A stretch of DNA of 17,805 nucleotides from NCBI GenBank assembly GCA_043800755.1, contig JAZDMQ010000110.1, positions 1 to 17,805 on the forward strand, given 5' to 3'. Positions 17,528-17,805 of this stretch are shown piece by piece. Origin of the DNA: a bacterium (lineage in GTDB: Bacteria > Methylomirabilota > Methylomirabilia > CAVQYV01). The notes beneath the pieces are model-generated. The model made no database searches. It was not told the DNA's origin and saw only the letters and a list, made by a program, of their open reading frames with translations. Made by a program: the position numbers and the translations under genes. Within the stretch, counting starts at the first letter, position 1. Each line of letters opens with the position of its first letter.

Positions 17528-17566
17528 CTTTTCTCTGCCGAAACAAGCAGTTCTGCTCCAAATGAC

Positions 17567-17641
17567 CTACTCATTTTCCCTTGGCCTATGATGACCGCGG
17601 ACGGGCTGCTCGGTGCAGTCGGTCCACCTCATTTCTGCCAT
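17567..17641 (-). pseudogene. 5' stub of a RelE/ParE-family toxin gene
   Basis: The ATG overlaps the end of the upstream antitoxin-like gene. It reads MAEMRWTD, like the MAxIxWT start of ParE/RelE toxins, then unrelated sequence and a stop after 24 codons. Confidence 0.5.
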
Positions 17642-17805
17642 GTCTGGATACGCCGTCCCATTTCCTCGTTTGAAATGGTCTTGCCCTGGCCGGAGTCGTC
17701 AAGACCGCATTCGATCATTCGTTCAAACGCAAGCTCCCGCATGATCTCTTCATACGTTGCATCATCGGGCTGTGCCTGAATCACCTCGGTTATTTTTTCT
17801 TTCAC
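17629..17805 (-). CDS. Putative type II antitoxin (ParE/RelE-associated), probably 5'-truncated by the window edge
   Basis: Not in the ORF track. Translates as VKEKITEVIQAQPDDATYEEIMRELAFERMIECGLDDSGQGKTISNEEMGRRIQTWQK*, with the P.DA.YEEIM..L....I..GL.D...G.TIS.EE...RI..W pattern of small antitoxins that precede ParE/RelE toxins. Confidence 0.7.
   Translation of the reverse strand: MKEKITEVIQAQPDDATYEEIMRELAFERMIECGLDDSGQGKTISNEEMGRRIQTWQK

Noticed and set aside
17505..17532. dif/pdif (XerCD) site
   Set aside because: One arm ends in GTATAA like a XerC arm, but the spacing and the second arm do not fit the 11-6-11 dif consensus (TTATGTTAAAT).
17489..17779. 96 aa + strand ORF in the track
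   Set aside because: The opposite strand carries a recognisable antitoxin-like gene and toxin stub, so this is probably their shadow.
1..17805. CRISPR array, tRNA, rRNA, transposase or integrase
   Set aside because: By eye I saw no regularly spaced direct repeats, tRNA cloverleaf motifs, rRNA-like sequence or recombinase/transposase motifs.

Overview
Bacterial window, likely from a diderm anaerobe such as a Desulfobacterota-type organism (inferred from gene content only), with two parts. (1) 1-14567, + strand, GC-rich, tightly coupled: the 3' part of a TPR protein, a possible 20-26 aa proline-rich peptide, and a probable metal/tetrapyrrole uptake-and-chelation operon. The operon encodes a TonB-dependent receptor, a dedicated ECF transporter (fused double ATPase, T component, S component), a CobN/BchH-type chelatase large subunit split into two genes, a ChlD/BchD-type AAA+/vWA subunit, an ABC-2 type ATPase and permease, a 42 aa membrane peptide and a CooT-type nickel-binding protein. 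A ~111 bp palindromic element appears to sit in frame just after the cobN start codon. (2) 14834-17805, - strand, visibly less GC-rich accessory DNA: an uncharacterised ~792 aa protein with a Zn-ribbon and a C-terminal PD-(D/E)xK-like motif (candidate defence nuclease), preceded by a 50 aa hydrophobic ORF and an attI-like GTTAGGC site, and flanked on both sides by broken toxin-antitoxin modules. No rRNA, tRNA, CRISPR array, integrase or transposase was seen. Family assignments come from motif recognition, not database searches.
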